From positions 1 to 45,618 of the forward strand of contig NW_021834795.1 in the NCBI RefSeq assembly GCF_006345805.1: a stretch of 45,618 bases of DNA. Reading direction: 5' to 3'. The position numbers were made by a program, and so were the translations under genes. This DNA comes from Octopus sinensis. Taxonomy: Eukaryota. Positions 12,061 through 24,608 of the stretch are shown here, one piece after another (within the stretch, counting starts at the first letter, position 1; every line of letters starts with the position of its first letter). The notes beneath the pieces are model-generated. The model ran no database searches. It was given only the letters and a program-made list of their open reading frames with translations, and had not been told where the DNA came from.

Positions 12061-12482
12061 TGTAGATTTGTATGTTTTGTTTTGTGTATGTATTCTCATG
12101 CGTATAGTTTGCATATCTAGACATGCTCATATATATTTAAATGATAAACTTCCAGAAATTTTTACAGACTCTTACAGTTCCACTGATGTATTGGATCTGT
12201 ATTCTTCGAATTAGCTTTCTCCTTTCTGGTTTTGTATGTATGTATGTCATTGTTCAGTTTTATTTCAAGATTTTGTTGCCGATAGGGAGCTGGTTTCTAA
12301 CCTAGATTCAAGGCTCCTTCACAGGAATTTCAACATCAACAACAGGGAATTTTTGTATGTATGTATGTATGTATGTATGTATGTATGTATGTATGTATGT
12401 ATGTATGTATGTATGTATGTATGGAGCGGTAATAAGAACAAGAGATGACAAGAAAATCGCAGGTTATGTTATGGGCTTCAGT

Positions 12483-12563
12483 AGCTTACAACTGTTTCTG
12501 CTATAAGATGCAGTGGACTTTTTGTTGAGTGACTGAATGACGTCCTATAGCTTCATCGGAGCT
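12483..12563 (-). ncRNA. Hammerhead motif with CCGATGA core and long stem II
   Basis: Minus strand: AGCT CCGATGA a GCTATAGGA...TCTTATAGC a GAAAC AGTT GTA AGCT. Confidence 0.6.
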
Positions 12564-12814
12564 TGGAATATAAATTGCAATTTATTTGGGGGAAAAAAGA
12601 ATTACACATTTCCCGATGAACTGCTAGACTAGCGTCCACTCATCGTTGCCGATTTATCAAAAAGTGTGTTTGCACGAATTCCACCGGCAGAAAGAGTCTA
12701 GACTTATGAAAATCACTATAAGAATTGGGGTTGTCTAATTTGCATGTGTATGGTTTGGGGTTGGGGAAAGAACGAAGGAGCAATAATGCGTTCTTGCCTT
12801 AGTCCAATATTACA

Positions 12815-13118
12815 CAGAAACACACGGACACACACACGCACACACACACACACACAGGGACATACACACATACACACACGAACACACAAACACACACGGA
12901 CACATACACACATGGACACACACATACACACACACACATACATGCGCACATTCACGGACACACACACTGACAAACACATACACACATGGAGACATGCACA
13001 CACAAACGGACACACACATGGACACACACATACACACACGGACACACATGGACACACACACGCACACACACACACATACACGCACACACATACACGCGCG
13101 CACACACACACACACACT
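12815..13118. repeat. Degenerate (CA)n tract
   Basis: Directly visible. Confidence 0.9.
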
Positions 13119-13397
13119 AGCTGAACAATTCGTCATTGCCAGGCAATTTATTTCTCCAGCAAAATGCCTTTACTTCAATTTTTTTTTATTTCTTCTCAGA
13201 CCATGTCTTCTCCGGTGGATAGGCCTCTTGATTAGGACAGATTGCTGCTTTGTTTGGGTCAATTCATAATGCATCGATAAGCTAACTGTATGAGTTTCAA
13301 TTTGGGCCACAAATGAAAAGTTTCTTCTTAGCTCGCTACTGATCCCTTGTTAGGGTCTTTCGATTCTATCGCCCTAATGGAATTTCTTACACCCGTG

Positions 13398-13438
<41 letters not shown>

Positions 13439-13720
13439 GTGGAGGCGCAATGGCCCAGTGGTTAGGGCAGCGGACTCGCGGTCGTAGGATTGCGGTTTCG
13501 ATTCCCAGACCGGGCGTTGTGAGTGTTTATTGAGCGAAAACACCTAAAAGCTCCACGAGGCTCCGGTAGGGGGTGGTGATCCCTGCTGTACTCTTTCACC
13601 ACTCTTTCTCCCACTCTTTCTTCGGGGTGGCGTCATTCGAAGTCTAAAACAATGCGAACGCATTGTGACCAGCGATGTGTAACTACATCTGATGGACTGG
13701 TCGGTCACGTGACGTGATAT
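13439..13720 (+). mobile_element. tRNA-derived SINE family A (tail 1)
   Basis: A box TGGCCCAGTGG, B box GTTTCGATTCC. Collinear with the 20586 and 38520 copies. Confidence 0.9.
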
Positions 13721-13726
13721 ATATAT

Positions 13727-13880
13727 ATCTAATGGGTTTCTTTCGGTTTCCGCCTACCAAATCCACTCACAAGGTTTTAGTCAGCTCGAAGCTGTAGTAG
13801 AAAGTACTTGCCCAAGGTGTCACACTGAAACTGAACTCAGAACTATGAACTTCTTTCCCCACAGCCACGCCTGCGCATAT
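13727..13880 (-). mobile_element. SINE family C, partial and diverged
   Basis: ctaccaaatccactcacaagg...cttgcccaaggtg. Confidence 0.75.
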
Positions 13881-14811
13881 ATATATGATCATATGTATAC
13901 GTGTGTGTATATAGGTGTTTGTACATGTGTGTGTATGTATGCAATATATTATACAGCCGCATCTCTAAATAAGACGGTCACATGCAGAGGTATGCATGAA
14001 TTAAATTTATATCGATACCCTCTGTAACGTCTTTACAATTTTTCAATCTTCCCACCACATCTATCAACCAGTCTGTCTGTCTACCTGTCTGTCTGCCCCT
14101 TTCTTTCCTCCTCTCACTCTCTTTCCTTCCAAGTCTCTTTTCCTCTCTCTCTCTCTCTCACTCTCACTCTTTCCCTCTCTTTCAGCTACTTTGTCTAAAT
14201 TCAGATCCACTTTATATAAATATCCGAGCATTCGTGAGAACACTTTAAACAATATCACGAAACCAACTGCAACGTCGTTTATTTTTAGATTCCAGTCACT
14301 TCACGTGTGTGTGTGTATGTGCGTGTATATATATATATATGTGTGTGTGTGGTGTGTGTGTGTACTGTGTGTGCATAGTATGGGTGTCTATGTAGGTTGG
14401 TGGGTAAAGCCATTCTTGTTTACACGTAATAAATCAAGTTTTATATGTTACACATGACATTACATTTTCATACTTCCCACCCCGTGTGTGTGTGTGAACT
14501 GTGTGTGTGCATGCTGTATGTGTGTGTGTGTGTGTGTGGCGTATAGATGGACTCAATGTGTTTGCTATACATATAAGTATGTATGTAGTGATATGTGTTT
14601 TTCAGTAACTTTGGTTGAATAAAAATATGTACACACATGTGAATGAGATATCTTTACATATGTTCTCCATATATGTGTATTAAATGTGTTGATACATGTA
14701 AATAAATGCATGACTATATCTATACATATGTATATATATATGTGTGTGTATATGCGTACGTGCATACATGCTTAGACATATAGATGTATATAGGTTTACA
14801 TATATATATAT

Positions 14812-14860
14812 TGAACTAGGAACGCATCGAAATGTATACCTGAAACAGCTGTAAGCTTAT
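14812..14860 (+). ncRNA. Hammerhead relic with the same 3' half as the 12483 motif
   Basis: ...gcat cgaa atgtatacct GAAAC AGCT GTA AGCT. The 5' core is lost. Confidence 0.35.
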
Positions 14861-15147
14861 GATAATTTATGTCGGGTATTCGGAGTACAGATTGACATCG
14901 ATGGCTCGAACGTCCGGAACGAACTCATAGTGAATTATCCCTTCATAATTCCATCAGACGCAGGGCATTACCTTTTGTTCCAAACGCTCGTGTTTGGCGA
15001 CAGGTTCCAGGAGCTAGCCCTTGGTTACGCACGATTAGATTGCGGGAAAATATCTCCGTCGGATTATTACTTTGTTCCAATCCATGGTTCACTTGCTCCG
15101 CTCGCGACGCTTCATCAACCAAGAGGAGGTGGAAACTTAAGTGAAGA

Positions 15148-15316
15148 ACATTATTTACATTATTTACATTTTACGGATTTTTGTCCTCATCTTGTTTGTT
15201 GTTAACACAACGTTTCGGCTGATATACCCTCTAGCCATCATCAAATGTCTTGGGGAAATTTCAAACCTGGGTTCTCATTCCTAAGGTATTTTTCGATGTT
15301 ATTATTATTATTATTA

Positions 15317-15377
<61 letters not shown>

Positions 15378-15392
15378 TTGTTGTTGTTGTTA

Positions 15393-15438
<46 letters not shown>

Positions 15439-15539
15439 TTGTTGTTGTTATTATTATTATTATTATTATTATTTTGTTATTAATATTATTATTATTATTT
15501 TATTATTTTGTTGTTATTATTATTATTATTTTGTCGTTG

Positions 15540-15574
<35 letters not shown>

Positions 15575-15580
15575 TTGTTG

Positions 15581-15612
<32 letters not shown>

Positions 15613-15644
15613 TTGTTGTTATTATTATTATTATTTTGTTGTTG

Positions 15645-15676
<32 letters not shown>

Positions 15677-15714
15677 TTGTTATTGTTGTTATTATTATTA
15701 TTATTATTATTTTG

Positions 15715-15780
<66 letters not shown>

Positions 15781-15851
15781 TCACTACCTGGAATCGAACT
15801 CAGAATCTTGGGATTAATAGCCCGCGCTCTTAACCACTACGCCATATGCCC
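15148..15851 (-). mobile_element. tRNA-headed SINE-like element (family G): head, (AAT)n, HHR-containing tail, (AATGTAAAT)n end
   Basis: Minus strand: A box TGGCGTAGTGG (15834-15844), B box GAGTTCGATTCC (15790-15801), expanded (AAT)n 15297-15775, HHR 15204-15249, 9-nt terminal tandem repeat 15148-15170. Confidence 0.7.
15204..15249 (-). ncRNA. Minimal hammerhead motif in the 3' part of a tRNA-headed SINE-like element (C3U in this copy)
   Basis: Minus strand: GACAT TTGATGA t GGCT..AGCC GAAAC GTT GTGTT. Stem I is 5 bp with two GU pairs, stem II is 4 bp, and stem III is the ACGT palindrome. Confidence 0.65.
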
Positions 15852-16516
15852 GAAACACAAGAACTGGTATCAGCATGGAATCAAAGAACTGGTAGAAAGC
15901 TGACTTCAGACAGTGCAACACAACGGTCTCAACTTTGAATGCTAAACTGCTTTTGTTGTAACTTGACAAATAAACCAAAAAACTTACCAAAATATGGCAA
16001 AACGTTTGTCTCAACGCAATAACTGTCAACGTGTATAGACCAATGCTGAGTATATAGATGTATGCGACATGATAAGTACAGGTGTGTAAACTAGTCGAGG
16101 ATATATGTGTTGAAACGGCGGCCAGAAACCTAATACGTGTCAGGGATGAATTTCAAACCCCTAACCCCTTAACAGCGCCCCTTACTGGGTCACTGAATAT
16201 ATCAAGTGGGTAGAGGTCAAAGTGAAATTTAATCCCAGGGCGAAACCCTCTAAGAATCTTTGGTCAGGGAATCAGGAGAAGGATACATTTCATTGTTTAC
16301 AGGTAAGAAAACACACACACAAAAAAACTATACTGACCCCTAAATCATTGGTAGCAGATGTAAATAGGGGCAAAGATAAACGATACCCAATGCTTAGAAA
16401 AGACAAAAGGTTGGGGAGAAATTGTAGGGGAAGTTAGATGGAGGCTTTTTTCTCACCACAAAACCAATGAATTCCATTTTAGGACTGTTTTTATTGGCTG
16501 TAGGTCGTTACGGACT

Positions 16517-17046
16517 ACCACCACCACCACCACCATCACCATCACCACCACCACCACCACCACCACCATCACCATCACCACCACCACCACCATCACCACC
16601 ACCACCACCACCATCACCACCACCACCACCACCACCATCACCATCACTACCACAATCATCACTAACTCCATAACCACCACCACCACCTCCATCACTACCA
16701 CCACCACCACCACCTCTACCACCTCCTTCACTACCACCACCACCTCCATCACTACCACCACCACCTCCATCACTACCACCACCACCACCACACCACCACT
16801 ACCACAACCACCTCCATCACTACCACCACCACCACCACCACCATCATCACCACCACCACCATCACCACTACTACTATGTCCACAGCCACCACCACCACCA
16901 TCACCACCACCACCACCACCATCACCATCACCACCACCACCACCACCATCACCATCACCACCACCACCATCACCACCACACCACCACCATCACCACTACT
17001 ACTATGTCCACAGCCACCACCACCACCACCACCACCACCACCACCA
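16517..17046. repeat. (CAC)n/(CAT)n compound trinucleotide tract
   Basis: Directly visible. Confidence 0.95.
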
Positions 17047-17380
17047 TTTGTTACTAGGAATTCTGATGGACCATTAAATAGGTTTCGTATATACATACAA
17101 TTAGGAAAACTAATAAAATTGTTTCGTTTAAGAAACTCCTATTTTCAGATTAAATTTACAATATTTACCCACAACACTTCGAGCGGTGTAATACTTGATG
17201 GTCATCAGGTATTCCATTCGATCAGAAGGAAACGGGTGTGTAGGCATAAACATTATGAATCTATAAAATACGCAGACGAGTTTAATACTGAGATAAATCT
17301 TGATATTACTAACAATAAATTATATCTGAAGTATAGAAGCTTGTTATAAATGACAATATTACTAAAAAAAAAGTGAAGAA

Positions 17381-17642
17381 AGGCGCGTAGCTCAGTGGTT
17401 AGGGCCATTGCCCACGATCGCAAGTTTCTGAATTCGATTCCTGCTGGTACATAGTGTCCTTGAGCGAAACACTTGCTTCCAGGTCGCTCTAATTTATATT
17501 CTGTATCACGCTCATTGACCCTGAGAACTATTGTATGAGTGTTGGTGGAGTACTCGGCCACTTGCACGTGAATTTCACGAGCAGTCTTTCTCGTTTATTA
17601 AATCAACTTGTATCTTCATCTTCGTGACCGACGGAGTGCACT
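17381..17642 (+). mobile_element. tRNA-derived SINE family F (tail 2)
   Basis: A box TAGCTCAGTGG, B box GAATTCGATTCC, tgtccttgagcgaaacactt. Tail resembles 34501-34640. Confidence 0.7.
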
Positions 17643-17650
17643 TATATATA

Positions 17651-17703
<53 letters not shown>

Positions 17704-17785
17704 ATGAAAGTTCAGATTTTAATATACTAGACCACTGGTGTTAAATTGATGTTAATTAAATTAATATCCAATTTTTCACTCTCAT

Positions 17786-17868
<83 letters not shown>

Positions 17869-18671
17869 CATTTTAATTCCGCCAGATATTAGCAAGAAAT
17901 GATAATCTCACTGACATTAAATGGCTATCAGAGTATACCACGCGAAAATGATATTAGTCATTGAGAAATAGCGTTTCTCGACCTCGTCTCATTTATCTTT
18001 AGATAGATTTATTTAGGAATTCTTCATGAATATTTCGGTAAATACGATTAAGTGTACCAGTCGCTGAGAATATTAGTTTGATAACGAAACTTCTGTTGAT
18101 TTATCTCCTATATCTGTCAAGAAAATTAATATAATGCAGCGGTGATTCGAAATTTAACCGTTCGATAACCGGTCATACATCACGACCAAACCACAGTAGT
18201 TTCACATGGTCGGCCTATTAAGCAATCAATTAATTTGAAGCTGTCACGTGATTCAGTCTTCTAGAATCTTCTTGTGCCCTATAAAAGAGCCTCTTTTGGT
18301 GCCTGCACTCTTTGCAGAGGGTAGGTACGAAATCATTTATGGCACACGATGTCTCATAAGTAACTCCTTCGAACGTAGCACGTTTTTTTTCTCTTCTCCA
18401 ATTGTTAATGTTGTATTTATATGCAATAATAAAATCATCTGCTAAGTGCTCACTGATGTCGTTCAGTTACTTCTTCACGCAGACCAAGAAACAAACTTTC
18501 AGTCACTGACCCAACAACAAAAGCCAGCACAACAAAACACCCAAGCGACAAAATATCCATCTACAGAGCTTTACTACTCAGCACACACACATTTCTATTC
18601 CTTGTTCGATATTAATGAGCCATGTATTAATTATATTAATTATGATAACACACACAACCCAACAACTCTCG

Positions 18672-18716
<45 letters not shown>

Positions 18717-19828
18717 TATACACTCGACAGCAGAACGAAACAGGAAAGTTAGTCCATTTTTCTTTACAACATCTTCAAATTTATAACCTTTACACGTGTT
18801 ACACTTGTAAATGCTAGTTTGTTGCACGATAATCGATTCGTCGATGATTGATTGCGTAATAACGCTGGAACACCAGGTCTTCAGAAGAAAATAATAATCT
18901 AATCAATTGACTTCGAAGTTTTGGTTATACATCTTTCCTGGAGCATTGCGATGAAGCTAACGAAGTCGATTTCTTTGCGTGCGTAATCACGATCGTTTCG
19001 GCCAAGGACCATAGCTTAGAGAAGAAGAGTTTCAATAATATCGAACTGGGTAAATCTAGTGATCTGTTACGTATATTGAACAACCGCCCTATTATTGACT
19101 ATTGAACCGCAAAGAAAACGATTTTTTACGTGTTATCATAATAATAGATGTCGGTGTGACTGTGCAATTAACAAGCTTGTTCGGCAACAAAGAGATATCG
19201 GGTTCAGTCCGGAATAGCCCCAGAATGGCCAATACCTTGGGAGGGAATTTCCTAGACTGAAGCCCGTCGATGTGTGTATGCGTGCGCTTGTATGTGTATG
19301 TATGTATGTATGTGTGTATGAGTGTGTGGGCTTATGTGTGTGTAGCTAAATAATATTCTCTGCTGTCTACATAAAGAATGGTAACTTCTAGATTTATGGC
19401 GTTGTCTGTGCTGGTGCCAGGTTTATTTTTTCATAAATGTTGCTACCCTCATTAAATAATAGTTTGTCATATATTTTTATGCCTCAAAGAATTTTGATTT
19501 TGTCCAATGATACTTGCGTTAATTTCTGGAATTGCGTAAATATGTTAAATGATGGAGTAAAGAAGAACTTTTCCGGTATTTTATTCTTTTTCTCTTTTTT
19601 TTCTTCTTTTTACCAAAGTAGGAACGTGTTTGAAATGGCTCGAGTTCTTTGTAACGATTTGCGAAGAGCTGAGTTACCAATAAACATTCAGAAATGACTA
19701 GACGTTTACAGTTCATGTTCTCCTTTTTCTCTCCCTATTCACATTTATGTGTTCTCTCCACCCCAACAAATATATACACACACATGCATAACTGTGTATA
19801 TGTGTGTGTTTGTCTGTGTGTGTATATG

Positions 19829-19882
<54 letters not shown>

Positions 19883-20190
19883 TGTGTGTGTGTTGGTGAG
19901 TGCGCGCGTTTGGCGAAAGGAACAGAGAAAAATGTTTTAATTAAAATATACTTTGCACATACACATATATGTATGGATATATATATATATATATATATGG
20001 CCTTCCGGCTACGATCAAAATATATATACATACATATATATACATATAATATACACACACACACACATTGTTTGTTTTGCCTAATAGTGGTTTTGTCTCT
20101 AATTTAATATAATATAATATTTTACTATAAAATTGGATTCAATCCTAAATCTGATTTTTCCCTGAAAGTTTGGATTTATTCCCTAATATT

Positions 20191-20261
<71 letters not shown>

Positions 20262-20585
20262 GATAATTATATTATATATATACATATATATCTATTTATC
20301 TATCTCTTCGTACATATACATGAAAAAATAGAGATTCAGTTGAATTAGGTACTTAAGTTGAAGCGCCAAATCAGATATTATCCGTACAGCGCGAAGTATG
20401 GTGAATAAAATCAAAATACGCAACAGGATATCAAGAGGTGATGCAATACGACCGTTTCAAGCGGCTCCATTTAATTGAACAATGCAATCATTACATCAAT
20501 TTAAATGCAGGGCTATCCTGAGCTGCTTATTTTGACACACACACACACACACACACACACCACACACACACACACACACATATAT

Positions 20586-20877
20586 ATGGCCCAGTGGTTA
20601 GGGCAGCGGACTCGCGGTCGTAGGATCGCAGTTTCGATTCCCATACCGGGCGTTTTGGGTGTTTATTGAGCGAAAACACCTTAAAGCTCCACAAGGCTCC
20701 GGCAGGGATGGTGGTGATCCCTGCTGTACTCTTTCGCCACAACTTTCTCTCACTCTTTCTTCTATTGGCCTGCTCGCTTAGCCAGCGGGGTGGCGTCATT
20801 CAAAGGCTAAAACAATGCGAACGCATTGTGACCAGCGATGTGTAACAACATCTGATGGTCTGGTCGGTCACGTGATA
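20586..20877 (+). mobile_element. SINE family A (tail 1)
   Basis: Collinear with the 13439 copy. Confidence 0.9.
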
Positions 20878-21034
20878 TATATATATAGTTTTTTATGACC
20901 TCTTCACACGTATGGCCCACGCTACTAAACGGAGCCCGTGTACGTTCTTTAACGAGAGTAAAACAATATTTACTCTCGTTAGATGGAGTACTCTTTTTGT
21001 TGATCCTGAACATACGGTTCTCTCTCTCCCCTCT

Positions 21035-21094
<60 letters not shown>

Positions 21095-21276
21095 CAGATA
21101 TTAATTATAATAAAGGGTTAATTGCAACAAGTTGCTCAAAACCACATACCGAAAATATTAGAAATAGCAGCCAAATAGATCCCTATTTCTCCTACTAATA
21201 AAAAAATCTCCACAAACAAACAGAATTTGTAACCCGTATATGGCATTTTCCTAGCATTTCTAAATTTATAGGAAAT

Positions 21277-21334
21277 ATTATATTGACAAGGAAATGAACG
21301 TTCGGTTCTAATCCAGAAACGATTCGTCTATAAT
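21277..21334 (+). ncRNA. Hammerhead motif with TTGACAA (U3/A8) core
   Basis: ATTATA TTGACAA GGA aat GAAC gttcg GTTC taa TCC a GAAAC GATTC GTC TATAAT. Stem I is a perfect 6 bp, and the cleavage triplet is GUC. Confidence 0.55.
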
Positions 21335-21588
21335 TAATCCAATAGGCTGGGATTTCGTTATTTTCTTTCTCTTTGTCCTTTATTATAATTAATATAATTC
21401 TTACCAAATTTGGTCTTTTCTATACCGGAAAATAGACTAGGTGAAATTATTAATTTTATTAAATTAATTATATTTCCCCCTTTTTGTATATTATATATAC
21501 AGATAGATAGATAAAGAGCCTCCGTAAATGGCCGCGAAACTTAAGTCACATGCAGCCGAATGAACTATGTATATATAATATATATACA

Positions 21589-21980
21589 TGTGTGGTAAGT
21601 AGCTTGTTTACCAACCACATGGTTCCGGGTTCAGTCCCACTGCGTGGTACCTTGGGCAAGTGTCTTCTACTAGAGCCTCGGACTGACCAAAGCCTTGTGA
21701 GTGGATTTGGTAGACGGAAACTGAAAGAAGCCCGTCGTATATATGTATTTATATATATGTGTGTGTATGTTTGTGTGTCTGTGTTTGTCCCCCTTAGCAT
21801 TGCTTGACAACCGATGTTGGTGTGTTTATGTCCCCGTTACTTAGCGGTTCGGCAAAAGAGACCGATAGAGTAAGTACTGGGCTTACAAAAAGAATAAGTC
21901 CCGGGATCGAGTTGCTCGATTAAAGGCGGTGCTCCAGCATGGCCGCCGTCAATGACTGAAACAAGTAAAAGAGTAAAAGA
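21589..21980 (+). mobile_element. SINE family C with CORE-like motif and internal (TA)/(TG) spacer
   Basis: GGTTCAGTCCCACTG head, ACCTTGGGCAAGTGTCTT CORE-like box, tail ...gactgaaacaagtaaaaga. Copies at 27963 and 42508. Confidence 0.88.
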
Positions 21981-22746
21981 GTATACATATATATGTTCAT
22001 TTATGCATAAGCGCCTATATATAAGTACATACACATATACACGCACATGTAAATATGTACACACACTCTCATATAAATGCACAAATATATACACATACAT
22101 ACTACATACCTATACAGGCAACTTTATGCGAGGGCAGCAGCAATCTCTAGCATTGGGAGTCGATGTCGATGCTGTGTTTTATTATTATATGTTTGTTTGT
22201 GCCGATGCTTTTCAAGTAGGCTGTAAAATGTTGCATTAGGAATTTTAGAATGGCTTCACAAAATCTCATTAAACTGTCACATTTACAGCAAAGAATCACA
22301 CATACATCTCACTTCTTTCCTCTTTGCTCTCTTTCCTTCCTTATTCCCGCTTTCAAAGATTCCTTGCGGCGTGTTTTCTCATTCCCTACTCTCTCTATCA
22401 CCCTTTCCATTTCTCTTCCCGGCATCCATTATGATATATTACCCATAATTCTGTCACTCGTTACATTGCTATTTCATATCTGACAGTAAGCCTCGACGAC
22501 ATTTTTTCTTTTATTTTTACAATTTTGTTTTATGGCACGGCTCCAAGGGAGGGACAAACCCAATCAGTTGTGTCACAGAATTTTTCTGTATGCATGTATG
22601 TGTGTGTGTGTAGATGTTTTTATATCAAAGATGTTTTACCTTATATATATATATATATCAATACACAGACACATACATATAAGTAAATATACATACATAC
22701 ACACACACACACACACATACATACACATATATATATATGTGTGTGT

Positions 22747-22780
<34 letters not shown>

Positions 22781-23398
22781 CATGTATGTTCGTATGTGTG
22801 TGTGTATATATATATATACTTGTATATACTCCCCGAAATTAGTTTTGCATTCTTAATATGCAGTATGATTGTGTGTGCAAGACATATTAAATATAAGTGT
22901 GTGTGTGTGTGTGTGTTTGTATGTGTGTGTGTGTTGTGTGTGTGTGTGTGTGCGTGTATACGTTATATATGTCTGTGTTTGTTATTTAGATAACATTAAC
23001 ATTCGAAAAGATGATTTGCATATCTGCGTTCCGGTAGATTTGAACGTCAAATATGTTAATCGCTGTTGTGTTCGTCAGAGAAGAACACCTTCTCTTTTAC
23101 GACGAATACGTGTTCATAACACATTCAATTCATTAGCATCAGCTGCTTCGAGATCGTTGTGTCTTGTTAGCCAGAATCCCTTCCCGGACCAATGAATCTA
23201 ACAAGAGTCGATGGCCTTGTTCATAATTTCAGGAAACAAATTCTTTGCTGACCCGTTCATATATCTGCTAATCGACAATAAATCTTTGTGTGGGCGGGAA
23301 ACAGTGTGAGTGGAAGACGATGACTTGCACATTTATGTTAATATATTCCGGCAGATGCGAACGTGAATATGCTATTCGCTGTTGTATTCGTCACATGA

Positions 23399-23458
<60 letters not shown>

Positions 23459-23459
23459 C

Positions 23460-23815
23460 CTGCTAGAAGGATCAGAATTCCTCTTTAAAGAGGGACAGAA
23501 ATTCAAGATCAAATCTAACTTTATTTGTGCCTCTGAAAACATAATTTATGTCATAAAATGCTCGGGCTACCACCAAGACTACGTGGGTTCCCGGGACTAT
23601 CACTCAGACGTAGATGCACACTGCATCGACAACAGATTGCATTCCCAGAATATAGAATGATACCTTTTAGTGAGCACATTGAGAAATGCGCAAAGCAACT
23701 ACTACCACAATTTTTAATCTTTCCATTTTACCAATGTGCTTTCGGATCATCAACACAAATTAGACTAAACAAGGAAACATTCTTCATTGAAAAGTAGAAG
23801 CCCAGACTCAACCAT
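23460..23815 (+). pseudogene. Penelope-like retroelement GIY-YIG endonuclease fragment
   Basis: The frame from 23460 reads ...FICASENIIYVIKCSGYHQDYVGS, then a 1-nt frameshift into GLSLRRRCTLHRQQI...SEHIEKC...RLNKETFFIEK*KPRLN. This matches the IY...C..(C)...YVG.T..L..R...HR...E..FI...P.LN pattern of PLE endonucleases. 5' end abuts a (TA)n tract. Confidence 0.85.
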
Positions 23816-23979
23816 CCGAACATACTGATACAGAGAAATTCACACCAAGGGAAAGGAAAAAATTTTTAAGCGATTATCTCCCTTACACCGGAAGAAGAAA
23901 TCACTCACTACCTCCCCTTATTTAGAACTCTCCTGAACATAAACATAACGAAAACTTATTCAACATAAACATAACGTCG

Positions 23980-24019
23980 CAAGAAATTTGAAAAGCTAAA
24001 CGCGAAACCGGTCTTCTTT
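23980..24019 (+). ncRNA. Hammerhead relic downstream of the Penelope endonuclease fragment
   Basis: The 3' half GC GAAAC CG GTC ttc is intact (ACCGGT palindrome, GUC). The 5' core has decayed to tttgaaaa. The position fits a Penelope pseudo-LTR. Confidence 0.4.
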
Positions 24020-24184
24020 TTAATTATGTCATTATAAAAGAAAAAAATATTTTTTTAAATTGTTTAATATTCTTCAGACATATTGACGCAACTATATATA
24101 TATTTTTAACATTTAAGCCTTCTGTAGTTTTTTCACTTTTTACTATTTTCTATATATTCACCACGTGCTTTCACAACCAACTTC

Positions 24185-24224
<40 letters not shown>

Positions 24225-24236
24225 ATTATATATATC

Positions 24237-24314
<78 letters not shown>

Positions 24315-24427
24315 CTATATTATATATATATATATATATATATGATATATATAGTATATATATATATATATATGTATCTATAGATATATATATGTATATA
24401 TATATATAATATATATATATAATATAT

Positions 24428-24608
24428 TGGTAAAAACGGTAAGATAACAAAAGAAAGAAAGAGACCTTAATATTATGTAAATAGAGGAAATTTATCTATA
24501 AAATAATAGTTACAATTACTCAATAGTCAAGATAAAACTCTGAGTTTCAGATGCCGAAGTGGAAATCCAACAACACCATCTCTTCGGTTATTTGGCCATC
24601 TGAAAAAC
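24428..24608 (-). mobile_element. Small HHR-bearing non-coding repeat, family H1 copy 1
   Basis: Aligns over about 170 nt with 39571-39742 and partly with 29965-30080. Abuts (TA)n. Confidence 0.75.
24529..24596 (-). ncRNA. Hammerhead motif, same repeat family as 39671, CCGAAGA core variant
   Basis: Minus strand: aataa CCGAAGA GATG...CATC t GAAAC TCAGA GTT TTATC. Confidence 0.6.

Noticed and set aside
15776-15851. Functional tRNA gene (also the heads at 13439, 17381, 20586, 34800 and 38780)
   Set aside because: A and B boxes are present but I could not fold a complete cloverleaf or acceptor stem, and each continues into a SINE body.
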